A stretch of DNA of 64,000 nucleotides from Podarcis gaigeae (lineage: Eukaryota), in assembly GCA_964106915.2 (NCBI GenBank), contig OZ066923.1, one strand, 5' to 3'. A program made the position numbers and the translations under genes. This document shows positions 38,072 to 51,327 of this stretch, in pieces (the stretch's first letter is position 1; each line of letters opens with the position of its first letter). The notes beneath the pieces were generated by a model, which was given only the letters and a program-made list of their open reading frames with translations, was not told the origin of the DNA and ran no database searches.

Positions 38072-40625
38072 GTAGGCATCATTTGGTTACTTATACATTT
38101 TATAATAAAATGTTCTTCCACATGTATGGCCACCCGTTTTCAAAGTGCACGTTAGTTCTGTTGTATCTTTTGGCCTCCCTCCTCAGCAGTTTACTTGCAC
38201 AGGATAATGGTGGGATGATGCCTAGCATAAGTTTCTGTCCTTTTCCAGCATTGTTTTCTCCGTCCCCATCTGGAATCAACATGACATTTAAACTCAGGCA
38301 AACAAAACACACAGGCTATTCCCTTGTTATTTTTAAAACTTATATTCAAAAAATCAAGAAAATATAGCCCCAGCCAAGATCCCTCAACAGTAAAATCCTG
38401 CACATGTCTATGCAAAAGCAAGTCCCATTGTTTTCCACTGTTGTGTGCATAAGCTTGCGGCCTAAAAGTACAAAGTTTGCACTTGATCCACTAATGGTAG
38501 TAAAATGTAATATTGTCTCCCACTAGGTTGTTTGTACCCATTGAGTAGTTTACACAGTAGGTCTTGGGCAGTCACTGCATGCTTTTTCTGAAGAGAGGAC
38601 AGTCTGGTTGGTTTTTGTAAAATCTGAAAGTACCCTTGTGGAAGAGTTCTAAATGTAATATCTCTCCCCTACATTTCTATCAGGAGCACAGGGACTGCCT
38701 TAAAGTGGCAAAGCACCCTTCCTCCTCCTGCAAATGTGGGGAAGCTGCTCTACTTCTGCTGTAAGCAAGTGGGTGGCAGCGTTTCCCAGCTGCATGCCAC
38801 CCCCTGGCTGTTTAAAGGAAAAGGAAGGGGCTTTAATGTCTGATGAGTAGAGTTTAAATTCTGCTCCCTATGTGGCATGATCTTGTTCCCAGCTGGAAAC
38901 AGGGAGGCACAGCCAACATGGGATTAAACCCTATTCTCCCACCCATCAGCCAAAGTTACCAGTGACATCGGCTGATGGGTAAGTGGTTGTGGCTTGGAGA
39001 AAATGGCCTGGTGAGCCAAGATTGTCTTGAAGGCTGGAAATTCCCCACCTCTGCCATATTCACTTAAGAGAGTTCAAATTCCAGCACAACTTTCAGTGGA
39101 CCAGAGTGGCGTTTGAAATGAACATTAAAAACTATGAAGTCCACAGAAATTTATAGAGCTTCTTCTTTTAACATAAGCATTCTTTCCAGTTCTAATTCGT
39201 TCTGAAAACTAATCTTGTACTATCAACCATCAACAGCCTATGGCAATCTTTTTTTAATTCTCATTCATAGGAAACCGAACCCCTGCTTTTTAGTATCACT
39301 GCAATCTATTCTGAAACTAAGAACAAGGAAGTAAAATTAAGACGTATTATTGGTTTTACCCAAAGTAGTGTAAAATTAAATGAGTATTAAACCTCACTGA
39401 GTCTAAAGATCTTTACATAATTATTGCTCATTAAGGCATAATCATTAATTTGATTGTGGTCCTTTATGTAGAAATAACAGTTTTAAAAATGCTCCAACAA
39501 TTTGAGATAAGAGGATTTAATAGTTTTGATTCTCTTCTAAAACACAAGCCCATAGATTCAAATAACCAGTTTTCAGAATACATTATTAAAATAGATTGCT
39601 AAATTAATATTTCAATGAGCTCTCTTGAGCGTTCAATAGTTGCCTGAAAATATACTTTTTCAGAGTAAATTTGTCACAGGGAAAAACAGATTAAGGATGG
39701 CATATGAGCATGGCAGATTAACCATCATCCAAATTCAGAAGATAATTTATTCTAATTCTTAAGTATGTGATTAAAGATGAAACATATATGACCAAATCCC
39801 ACAGCACCAGTTCACAAACAGGGTTTTTGGATTGTGGTGACAGTATTGCATCTGAAGTTCTTAGCTTAAACTAAACAAACTCATCCTGGTGGTTTTTATG
39901 CGAAATAACATTTGGAAAAATTGAATGCATTGAAGGTATAAATATCATTTTGCTATACCAAGTGTTAATGTATCTGGACAGTACCCTTCATTATGCTTGG
40001 CTCATTTAACTACTTCACATCCCTGTTTCACTGAGCAATGAGCCTTTGCTGGATTCTGGTTGCCCTTCTGATTGCAGAGGAAGTCTGGATCCAAACCATT
40101 ATAATGTTCTTGTTCTCTGCGTGGCTAGCGGTAGAATAACGACCACGATCTATTGTCAGAATCACTAGTACAGGTATATCCAAAGCCCTACTGGCCACGG
40201 GACAGCAGGACACAGTGGTGGGCATGCTTTTACTCTCCCTCTCTTTTTGAAGATTGGCATATGTATTTTTCCTCCCACTAGAAACAATTGGGGGAAAATA
40301 TATTTATGCCAATTCTGTTTTGGGGAGGGAGGGGTGTTGGGAGAATGGGAAGGTTATGTAGGCTTCAGATCTATGTTGTCTTCCTATCTGCCCCTGATAC
40401 ACATTTTTTTACCTCTGCTGACAAAGGAAAGGCTGCCCAAGTGTTATTGAGCTGTTATTAATGAGGCTTACTTGGGGAAACCAGGCTGCTATGGTTGCTA
40501 TGGAACGTTACCCCCATCTCCCACTGCCCCAGATGTTCATACTCTCACTTTGCAGCTGAATGATTGAAGGGCTGTATGATGCTAATTAAATCCACTGAGT
40601 TGCCATTTCTTTTTCTTTCATTTAG

Positions 40626-40763
40626 AATATTATTGCTGAACACGAGATTCGTAACATTTCTTGTGCTGCACAAGACCCTGAAGACCTCTCTACATTTGCT
40701 TATATCACAAAAGACTTGAAGACAAATCACCATTACTGCCATGTGTTCACAGCCTTTGATGTG
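40626..40763 (+). CDS. ANKS1B: ANKS1B PTB exon ([17 protein letters not shown]...[10 protein letters not shown])
   Basis: long pyrimidine tract + ttttag acceptor, GTG|gttggt donor, 138 nt; CHVF PTB motif. Confidence 0.96.
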
Positions 40764-40914
40764 GTTGGTCTATAAATATATTACTACTCGGTCACATTTT
40801 AAAATCCAAAATATTTATAAATGGGTGTCATAGAATGCAATTTTGCTGAAACAGATGCAAATACTTTAGGCTGCAATCCTGGCCCCACATTGCTGGGAGT
40901 AAGCAGAGGGGGGT

Positions 40915-41033
40915 GAACCAAGCCTTATGAGGAGCAATTGAGGGAGTTGGGTATGTTTAGCCTGGAAAAGAGGATTCTTGCAGCATTACGGGGGGTGGAC
41001 TAGATGACCCTCTGGGACTCTAAAATTCTGTGA
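40915..41033 (+). mobile_element. CR1 3' fragments
   Basis: tatgaggagcaattgagggagttgggtatgtttagcctggaaaagagg and ggactagatgacc tail. Confidence 0.65.
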
Positions 41034-42823
41034 ATCGATAAGTTCCATTGAATTTAAAAACCTTACCTCTAAGTAGGGATGCCGAGGATCACAGAAATAG
41101 AAGTATAACTAGCCAGATCATCAAATTCTCGGTTGCAGTTTATCTATGATGAAGATTGTTCAGGACCAACCCTGGTACAATATAAATTTTTTGCTCAGCT
41201 CTTCTGAAATAGGTGAACTCCACTTCAGGTGGGACATTTTAAAAAATATTCACTTTTTAAAAGTGTGGCAATACTTTTATTTACAAATTTGGTATGCTGC
41301 TTCATATCATTATCGTGTCGTAGCTTATTTCTAATTCAGTAATAGAAAGCCATGATTCGCTGGAGCTTCCCAGGGGATATAGGCAGGATGAATGATTATT
41401 GTCTATGACTACTGCTTCGCACACATACATGTGTCACACCTTTTCCTACTCATAAAGCAGTGCTGCTTAGACATCAGACTATAGGGCCCACAAGTGAGTT
41501 TGGGGCCACTTTCAGATGGACATCACTAGCACAGCCTGCCCAGTGCAAACTTGCTTGCTGGTCATGCCCTCTTCATTGGACCAGTGCAGCATCAGCCACT
41601 CTGTGAATACTGCTTGAATACATGGGCAGGAGCCAAAAAAATGAGGGTGGGGAGAAAGGTCGCTCTTCCTCTTCTGATGTAAAAGGGCCAGTGAAGGTGT
41701 TGAAGAAAACTAGAGACAGGTAACAGGTTAACATTTATTATCATTAATCAGCTGGTGATAGAAAGGGGTAAGAAAAGAAAACTATTATATGAGCAAAAAT
41801 GAATGTGCAAGGACCAGGAAAGAGGGATGAAAGAAACTGGCAGGCTTTTTTGGTTGGGTGGAAATAAGGTACAAGTTGAGGGCAAAAGGAGAATGGCAGA
41901 AGAAATTACAGGAGATGGCTATAAAGACTTTGAGAGGCACGTAATGATGGGATAGGATAGATATACAAGTAAAACTCCTCTTTAAAAAGATGAGTAACAA
42001 TAACTCCAGAGCAGACCTGAGGAAAGCTTAGCTTTGAAACACCTTGTCATCAGGAGAACACTGTGGGAAAGAATTTAGCAATTTGGAAAGATGGATTAGA
42101 TATCTGCTGATTATGCCAAACTGCTTTCATCTCGCACTATTTTGGAACTGCTGTTCCCTTGTACAACTTTTTAGTGGGGATTAGTCTTGGTGTTTTTCAG
42201 GTCTCTTAAGTAGACAGAAAGGTTGAGAACCCCCAAGTTAAAGCAACCTTGAATAGTTTGTTATACTTTCAGGAATCTATGTTAAGTGATAGCACAATTT
42301 TGTTTTTTGGCTAGGAAAAGATACCTGGATTTAAATAAGGCAATATGATTTTATAGTAATACTCTTATACATTTCAATGCTCTAATAGGCTCTGAAAACA
42401 ATGACAGAAACTCTTTATAAGGAATGAAAATTTGACATTTGAAAAATAAATTTATGTACAGCTGGTAAATGATAAAGCAGGGGTGGGGAATCTTTGGCCC
42501 AGCAGATGTTGTGGGATGCCAACCGCCATCAGCTTCAGATAGCTCTGCCAATTGTTAAGGATGATGGAGTTGGAATCCAACAACATCTGGAAGATAAATG
42601 TTCAAGGTAACCTCTTGTCTATTTTTAATTTTAACAAAATAGTAATAGATAGGTATGCTGGAAGCTTCTGTTTTATTAATTTAAATTTGTGCCATGAAAC
42701 TTTAAAATATTAAATCTTCACATAACTGTAGTGCTTTTAGCTTTCATACTTAGAAAAATAATAATGTGTGCATTATAAAATACTGCATTAGAGTTCTCTT
42801 GTTGAGTTATGACTGGTAAGTAA

Positions 42824-42864
42824 GAATGAATGAATGAATGAATGAATGAATGAATGAATGAATG
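42824..42864. repeat. (GAAT)n microsatellite
   Basis: about 10 units. Confidence 0.95.
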
Positions 42865-43663
42865 CAGATAGTTAAATTGTATGAGTGGCTTTGAATTGGT
42901 TCCCCCACCCTCCAAAATACATTTTCTAATACAAATTGAGTAGAAGAGGAAAAATTTCATAGGGCTTCTGTTATTAACAGTCATCTGAACTGAAGATTAA
43001 TGAATGTTTCATCTGTGTTCTGAGGATACAAAAGGTACAGAAAATTAACCAAAGAAGCATCTATATAGTAGAACAGCTCCTTGCTATGGTCTTTTTACAG
43101 ATGTGCTGAGAATGCTTGCTTTAATGCCTCAAGCCCATATATTCTTAATCACAGTTCCACAATTTCCTTCCCCTTAAGAGTGAGGTGTTCTTCAAAAATG
43201 GGGTAAAGAGGCAGAAAAGGGCACATGACAGGAGTGGAGAATCAATGGGTGGGTATGATGAAAGCAGTAATAAAGAGAGGAAGACACGCAGAACAGTATT
43301 TGGTGTAACACCATATCCACATCCATTACATTAATGAATTATTTTTAATTCTAGGTTTATTGATTCTCTCATTTCTTATTGTAGTAAAATTTGAATTCTA
43401 TATAATTTTTTAAAAATACTTTAGGATCTAGCACACTGAATTACAATTGCTAAGCATGCAGAAAAATCCATTAAGTGGTCTACCAAGACCTTTGGCTATT
43501 TTTCAAGTGGTCCAGGAGAAAAGGTTTGGGAATCACAGTTCTGCAGTATTCCAGTGTGTGAAAATTAACTCTGCCTGATATGTGACGGTGTTATAGTTTA
43601 GATTTCTAAAAGAAATGTGTTTAAACTAACTTGTTTTCATGCTGCTGTTTGTTGCTGTTCCAG

Positions 43664-43831
43664 AATTTAGCCTATGAAATAATTCTCACATTGGGACAGG
43701 CATTTGAAGTAGCCTACCAACTAGCACTTCAGGCTCGAAAAGGAGGTCATTCTTCAACCCTTCCTGAAAGCTTCGATAATAAACCTACAAAACCAATTCC
43801 AAAACCTCGTGTTAGCATTCGAAAATCTGTG
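43664..43831 (+). CDS. ANKS1B: ANKS1B exon: PTB C-terminal helix ([19 protein letters not shown]...SIRKSV)
   Basis: ttccag acceptor, GTG|gtgagt donor, 168 nt; GQAF PTB motif. Confidence 0.96.
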
Positions 43832-45654
43832 GTGAGTAAAATATGTACAACTCATGAAAGAAGCCTGCTGGTGCCGGTGCTTAGGCTGAACTTATTTCCC
43901 CATTTCTGCAATGAAAGGTTCAGTAGATTGGGTCTTGGCTCTCTGCCCACAGGGAGAAGGCAGGCAGCAATGTTTGGGACATAGGGCTCCCAGGATTCTC
44001 CACTAACACTCCTCTACTAGAAATATGCAGGGCTGCCACCTGGGCCTCCACCAGCACCTTTACAAGACACTAGTGCATAGATGCCTTCACTTCAATGGAA
44101 GCCACCCTCACTTGGAAGGTCCTGCTTCCTGAACACTGCAGCCTCTCTCCCACCTGAGATTGGGAATATTAAAGCTATCCCAAACTGCTGATCTTTCATG
44201 GCAGAAACTGAAAAAAGTACTTGAATCATACTTTTCCATTGCCAATGAAAGGTTAGCTGGGCCCACCCTTAAGACCAGCTGCAGTACATCTGCTCTTCAC
44301 TTCAGTTTTTCCTTATTCTATATATGTCTGGGATGTAGGCTTGGGTTTTTCTTTCTATAAATCCTGATCTTTCTTGAGCTTGGTGAGTTCACAAACTGAA
44401 TCCTGGGAGCCCTACGCCCCAGATTTTGCTGCCTGCCTCCGACCTGTGGGCAGAGAGCCAAGACCCAATCTGCTGACCTTTCATTGGGAATGGAAAACTA
44501 CAATTCAGGTAGGTACAATCATACTTTCTCTTTATAATCAGCTTGCTAGTGGCATGAGCAGTATTCCATTCACTCATTTTTCTAAAAGGCAGCTGTAGAA
44601 ATTCAGTATAGTTACTAGCTCTTGGGCACACAAAATTCATTATGTAAAACAGTACTGGAGGGATTCCTAGGCATGCTAAGGAAGCCACCTGTAATTAAAC
44701 ATCAATTTCACCTTATGTATCTGTGGTTCAGTTTTTCCTCTGTGGCCCATTCTCTGCTTAATAGCAACACTAATACTGTAGATCAAACATAGCTTCTTGT
44801 GATCTTCTTTAGTATATATTTACATTATAAAGGCAATACTTTTCTAGAAGCTCTTACCAGCAGTTCTCACCTTCAACTACCAGACCAGAATAGTCAGGTA
44901 GTTGTCCAGAGACAGACAGCTTTTTAAAGAAAATGTAAATATGTATTGGACAGAAAAGGCAAAAGCTAATTGGCATTATCATATGCTAATAAATCCATCA
45001 AGTCTTAACACTGTTAAACAACTTAGGTAGGTTAGTAAACAATTTCTATGTGCACCTCTAGCCAAATGAAGAATTACATAAACAAATGAGTGTTGTGTAC
45101 TCAGTTTCTCTTCCAAGTTGTCCAGGATGTGCATGGTTAGTGGTTAGGAAAATCAGTGACAATGTAGATTGGCTGGGTTTAGTCCTACCCAGCTAAACAG
45201 CCAATTGCTGATTGTTTGACAAGCTATGCGCGCACGCACACACACACACTCTTGGAGCAGCGTTATTAGCAAGAGAGAGAGAGAAAAGCAATTTTGGCAA
45301 CCTGATCTTCAAGGCAAGTTGTTGAGCATGAGTTCCTTGTGTTACTGAGAACAAAACAGCATACATACAGTTGATAAAATTACAGTTATATACCTATAAC
45401 TTCAGATTTTATGTAGATACATCTCTTGTTGCACTGGACTAGTTCTGTGAGAGCAGTGAAACTAATGAATCAATATCCTCTTGGATTATCATGATAAAAT
45501 AGAATATAGACTTGTAGCCTCCGGAAAGCAATCCATGGTGCATGCCGTGTGGATAATGATGTGCTACTGTGTGACCCAGTTTGAGCACTGTTTTAATGCT
45601 CAGCAATTAGAGTAGATAAAGCATCATTGTGTTTCTTTTGTATTTGTTTCAAAG

Positions 45655-45765
45655 CAGATAGATCCCACTGAACAAAAGACTCTTGCCAACCTACCATGGA
45701 TTGTAGAACCAGGACAAGAAGCTAAAAGAGGAATTAATACCAAGTATGAAACCACAATTTTCTGA
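45655..45765 (+). CDS. ANKS1B: ANKS1B terminal coding exon ((Q)IDPTEQKTLANLPWIVEPGQEAKRGINTKYETTIF*), PDZ-binding C-terminus
   Basis: AAGCAG tandem acceptor (start 45655 or 45658), TGA at 45763-45765; matches the recalled AIDA-1d-type C-terminus. Confidence 0.94.
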   Translation, partial: QIDPTEQKTLANLPWIVEPGQEAKRGINTKYETTIF

Positions 45766-47560
45766 TAGTGAACTGTCCTCTGTTTCTTGTTGTGCCTTGC
45801 ACTCAAAGCAGTCATAGCACAGCCTTTCCTTGACGGCAACTCTTCAGTCTAGTAGAGGGGAAGACTGCACTATATGAGTGGCCTTGAAACTAGCAAAAAC
45901 ATACAAACAAAAACAAAAGGCTGCTGGTCATTTCTGGTGATTGTTCTTCCTGCAGCACTGATAGAAGAATGACATGGGACGAAGACTTTTCAATTACAGC
46001 CCACAAGAGGAGTGGGAGATTGTTTCACGCACGCTCTTCTCTTAGGACTTTGCCACAGTGCTTTCTTTTGATTTCGTATTTTAACGTTCTACTTTTACAA
46101 AGGTCTCTAACGGTAATGCTGCTTAGTAATACAACGTTCAGTTGTGGTTGGGTTTTTATTTTCACACATGGCAGTTTTTAAATTGAAACAAACCCAGATT
46201 AGTTAATAAAATATTTGAGATATGTTTGTGAAAACATGGGGATCTATATAAGTTAATTCTACTGTTTAATATGTTTTTCAAAATTAGTAATGGCAAGACA
46301 TTAGCTTCCTTGACTTCTGTATTTGCTGGTCTATGTATTCTTCATGCCATTTAATCCTCTAGAGAAATGAGGTTATATATGTCAGTGTGAAACAGAATCA
46401 GAGTTTTATTAATGGCTTAAAAAAAAAAGAGGAATTACTAATGCATGAAAATGCACCTTGTATTAAATATTTTTGTGGGAGAGAAGAAAACTATAAGAGC
46501 AAGTATGATATTTATGATAAAGGAGGTCATTAATTATGAAGAGAGTCTGGCTTTATTTTAAAGTTAAATAAACTGCTACTGTACTATCTAACAGTAGTAA
46601 CAGTGGGGCCATCAGTATGCTGGATGCTTCACTTCATGGGGTAAAACGGAAGCTGCCCAGCAATTGCACTACAGGCACATGCAACTATACACAGTTTTTC
46701 AAGTTATTATAGCCATGAGTTTCAGTTTTTAAAAATCTGAAAGATGGTTTTAAACAAAACTAGGAATTTTATCAAATTTTCTGTCTCAGAAAGCTGGTTT
46801 TAATGAAAAAGTTCAACTCAAAAGGTTTTTTCCTAAATGAAGTTAAACCATTCCAAAGTAATAATTCTTTCCACAAATCAGTTGAGCGTTAGCTTGACAG
46901 TTGACTTAATGAAATTTGCTTACCATTTTCTTTGAAGTATTTTAATTTTTTAATGTCTTTGTGGAGTATTTGTATAATAACATTATGTATTTCAGTGAAA
47001 CTGAATGAATTATAACAGTAAAAATATCAATCATAGGCAAAAAATGACATTTTAATGTATGTTCTATCCAGTCAAATTGTGAATCATTTTGAACTTCATT
47101 ATAGAGATATTGATGAATAGTGTGGTTGACTTAAATGTTTTTTATTATTCTTTCATATTTAACTGAAAGGTTTCAGTTATATTCAACAACTGAATTTTTA
47201 ACAAAATTGATAATTGAACTTGATTTAAAATTCAAAATTGTATATGGTTTAGTTGAACCTAATCATAGCGCTGAATGACAAAAAACCTTTTAATGCAGTA
47301 TTCAATTTACTTGAACCAATCAGCTCCTTGTACATATTATGCCTATTCATTGTTGATATGTATGTAGTAGGCTGACAGTAAACACTGAAAAATATAGTAC
47401 CAAAAGGAATATTGTATAGGAGAAAAGTAAATATTAGCCTCACTGCAACAAATACTTCTATGTAAATATGCTTGGGCTTCCAGTTATAAATTTTGTAATT
47501 TTTGTCATTATTTATATCCTATAAAAGCACACAAAATAAATTGAAGTTGTACAGTCAGCA
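45766..47560 (+). other. ANKS1B: ANKS1B 3' UTR (end approximate)
   Basis: AT-rich, no recognisable repeats after the stop; AATAAA at 46205, 46567 and 47535. Confidence 0.6.
47535..47540 (+). terminator. candidate distal polyadenylation signal of ANKS1B
   Basis: AATAAA near the end of the AU-rich block. Confidence 0.5.
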
Positions 47561-48451
47561 TTAGTTTCTGGAAAATTTAGTATTGAAAATATTGAACATT
47601 AAGCTGTTGTTATGTGATGGATCAGTCTTAAGTGTCAAAGAGACAATAGTATGATCCTATGAACCACTTCACTTACTCAACAGCTTTCAATATCTCACAT
47701 GAGGCTTGTGTTGGCAAAAAGGGAACTCCTCCATGCTTTAGCCCAATGCTAGAACTTGGTGGATGTGTGGTGTCTCTGTGCTATAGAACACAAACTTCAA
47801 ATCTAATAGCACCTTCAGCCTCCCCAGCAAGATCTTGACCTTGCTGCACGTCAGCATTCCTGACATCCTCAATATGTTATGAAACTATTACTCTTCTTCT
47901 GGGGTATGCTTAGCTCTCAAGCTAGTTTTTCCCTTCTGACCTTTTCGTTATCTCTTAGCTAATACTTCTATATAGAACTGAGCCAACCAAAATAATTTGC
48001 TCTCATGTCACTCAGAATATGCAGTACCTTCAGTCCCTACACTGGCTGCAACACAAATTTCTTGTTCTTGCCTTTGAAGTTCTCGGTACACTTTCCCCAC
48101 CTTCTTTCTCTTCCCTCACCTCCTCCGCCCGTGACACTTCTTTCAGTTCATCCACCCTAAGCTATGTAAAGAATATCTAATATTCTGCCATATCTCCTTT
48201 GCTATGCCTGGGAGTATCTCTCATGCCACCTGTAAGATACTTGTGTCTCATTCTTCAAACAGCCCCTTCAAACCCCACCTTCAAAGTTTACTCTGAAAAT
48301 ATTGAAAGTAAGAAAACCAAACACTACCTCAACATGGTCTTCAGGTACGTGGCAGCAGAGTCCTCTAAAAGAGATGGTAGCAATGGTGGGGGGACGAGAA
48401 CCAAATTTCCAAGAGAACAGGGTTGTGATCCAAATGGTAGCTGCCAAAAAC

Positions 48452-48454
<3 letters not shown>

Positions 48455-48500
<46 letters not shown>
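48455..48500. repeat. (CT)n microsatellite
   Basis: 23 perfect units. Confidence 0.97.
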
Positions 48501-48503
<3 letters not shown>

Positions 48504-48965
48504 CTTGCTGCTATAGTTGACTTAGGGAAACAAAAGCAAAAGTCATGAAGGAAGGCAAAAAGCATTTTCTGAGTCCAGTGACACAAATGAGGCACCAGAG
48601 CTGAAAATATTACAAAATATAATACTTCGCTCCTCCTTCCTTGAAACCATAAAGCTTATTTGCACATATTTACACACAAGAAATTTGGATTTGTTCATTT
48701 CTTCATTCAGGTATCTTTTGGGAACAAATAAAAGAAATGCTTTTTAAAAAGAGGAATAATTGGTGAAGCTGGCACAAGAGGACCTGAAACAGATGCATCT
48801 AATTCACCCATAATATGACTTGTACCCCCAAAAGTGCTTTTGTTCTCAAGAGTACCAGTCAATGGTTTACTTTTCTTCAATAAATTAATTTCAGTTTAGA
48901 AAGTTTGCAATGAACTCACCCCACATTCTGGCAGAGAAAAGGCATTATATATTGAGCTTTTAGTT

Positions 48966-49097
48966 CAGGCTTCCTCAAACTCGGCCTTCCAGATGTTTTG
49001 GGCATACAACTCCCATGATCCCTAGCCAGACCAGTGGTCAGGGATAATGGGAATTGTAGTCTCAAAACATCTGAAGGGCCGAGTTTGAGGAAGCCTG
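48966..49097. mobile_element. related palindromic hAT MITE (different termini)
   Basis: TIR caggcttcctcaaactcggcc...ggccgagtttgaggaagcctg; TSD ttttagtt/gtttagtt (7/8); core similar to the 136-bp MITE. Confidence 0.88.
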
Positions 49098-51220
49098 GTT
49101 TAGTTAGAAGAGGGGGCTTCAAACCCTACAACAAGTATTCACTTGAAAGGGCTAAAAATTATTGGCAATCCACCAGATACAAAATGGCAGTGCAGAGCTT
49201 AGAATCTGTCACAAAGTGATAGCAGATGAAGGCCAAGTGAACATAATCAGCTGGCAGTTACTGATACTTTCTACAAAGAAAATCCCTTTTATATTCCTCT
49301 CCCAGCTACAGTGCCACATACATCTCGAAGTACTTTTTACTCATTTCCTTTCATTTCTAAAATAAACTGAAAAGCATATCATAAATTCTCTCATCCACCC
49401 CCCGGGCTGCTGTTACATTCACGTCTTCCTCTTATAATGGCTTCCTTTCCTCGATTAAATCAAATTTCGGCCAAAAAACAACAACCGATTATCTCTTTTT
49501 ATATTCCTTCAGTGCACGCTTTGGTGCTTTCCCCTCAGAAAAGAGAGAATTTATTTCCTTCCCCTACCCCCAAAGTCTCCAATTCTCAGTCACATTCACA
49601 TACTTCCACCTTTGTTTCTTTAGACCTTCATGGGCAGAAGCACACACCTCAGATAGTTCTGAGGTGGAGACACCAGCTACCATCTTGGATTTTGGGCAGG
49701 AGAGACTTCCTGACTTGGAAGGAGAGTGAAGTAAGGGGTAAGAGTTTGAGCATGTGTGGTGCTGGGGAGATGCGGAGGCACCACAGCAACTGTGGCTGCT
49801 GCTGCTTTTTCTCTTCCCTCTGCTCCCCACCCCCCCTTTTGCCCCTCTCCCTCCCCCAGTTGGTTTGCCCATCTGCCTGCTGTCAGTTTTCTCTCCTCCA
49901 GCCTTGCATGCTATAGCCTCACTTTCTTAACTCACATTCTCACACATGCCTATGCACTGAGCTTGCAGGGAGCTGATGCTGGGGCAGTTGGGAGCATGGT
50001 GAGCGAGGAAGGAGGCACTGGGGTGGCTGCACTTATGAGGCCTGTTGGCTATCCCTGGCCCACAGTTTGAGAAACCCTCTTTGAGACAGTTCTCATAGAA
50101 AAAGAAAAGCACACAAAAAACCAGTTAAGCTCATGGAAGGCATAGCAATTGTATATCATTACTTGCCAATCAATAAATTCCCAAGACAAATGACAGTCTC
50201 CACATCAGGTTGTGAAGAAGTTAATTCCCCCATCAACAATCACATACTTTTTGATTTCCACAATCCAATCAGTTTGACAGCAGCCACTTTCCAACAGCAA
50301 TTTAAGGTACTGCAATACTCAGTAATATTTACATTGTTATGTCAAAGGTTTGAAAACAACATTGGTTTTAGTTTGCAAGCATGACATGCCTAAAATGTGC
50401 AATGCTACAGCAACAGTTTTGCTTAACTTCTGAAATGAAAGAAAAAACACTCCAGCTCATACTGAAGATTTTTAAATTTAAGATATTTGATATCCTAACG
50501 AACACAAAACCTAAAGAAATGTTATGTCTGTGTATAGCACATCCTAATCACAATGCTTTTCAAAATCTCAAGGGCTCTACTATAATGGAAATTAAAAATA
50601 ATTGATACTTACCTGAACACGCATGGTAGTTTTTCATTTAGCAAAGCTGGGAACACCATCTAAAAATAATCTCTGAGTTTTCTAAATTAAGAACTGCTGT
50701 ATTTCTCTTCACTTCTGCTCTGAGCCTACCTGGGAACTGTGTTTTTCATTTAAGGTTGGGTACAATTCTGGGTAGAAGCTAAACTCAGAATGAGGAGCAG
50801 TCATTGTTTTTTAATCCTGAAATCCTAGGTGTGTCATCTGATAGTTGTAGCTATTATATCCAGCCTCTCTCCCTCTCCCTCTCTTTTTACTTTTTAACTG
50901 AAACTTACACAGGAGTTTATGTTCCAGGGATAAAGTCAAAATCACATATAGTCAAAACCCATTGATTCTATCGCAGGTGGCATTGCCAAAGTATTTTTTA
51001 CTGCCCTGGCTCTATGTATACAATTTCCACACTGCATACTCTTTACTAGAGTTGGATATGCCCATTTGAAAAACAAACAAACCACTGAAAGCCTTCTCCT
51101 CCAAAGATTTGTCAAATCCTCCTTCAAAGTCATCTCAACTGGTGGCCATCACTGCTTCCTGTGGGAGTGAGTTCCATAGTTTAACTATGTGTACTTTATA
51201 AACTATGTGTACTTTATTTC

Positions 51221-51327
51221 TGACCAAACTGCGGGAGGCAGTGGAAGACAGGAGTGCCTGGCGTGCTCTGGTCCATGGGGCCACGAAGAGTCGGACACGG
51301 CTAAACGACTAAACAACAACAACAACA
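51221..51327 (+). mobile_element. RTE-BovB 3' terminal fragment
   Basis: gcctggcgtgctctggtccatggggccacgaagagtcggacacg + (CAA)n tail; flanking actttattt duplication. Confidence 0.85.

Noticed and set aside
49437-50112. Overlapping 100-159-aa ORFs in the intergenic gap
   Set aside because: Low-complexity and likely a decayed non-autonomous DNA element; no splice structure or homology
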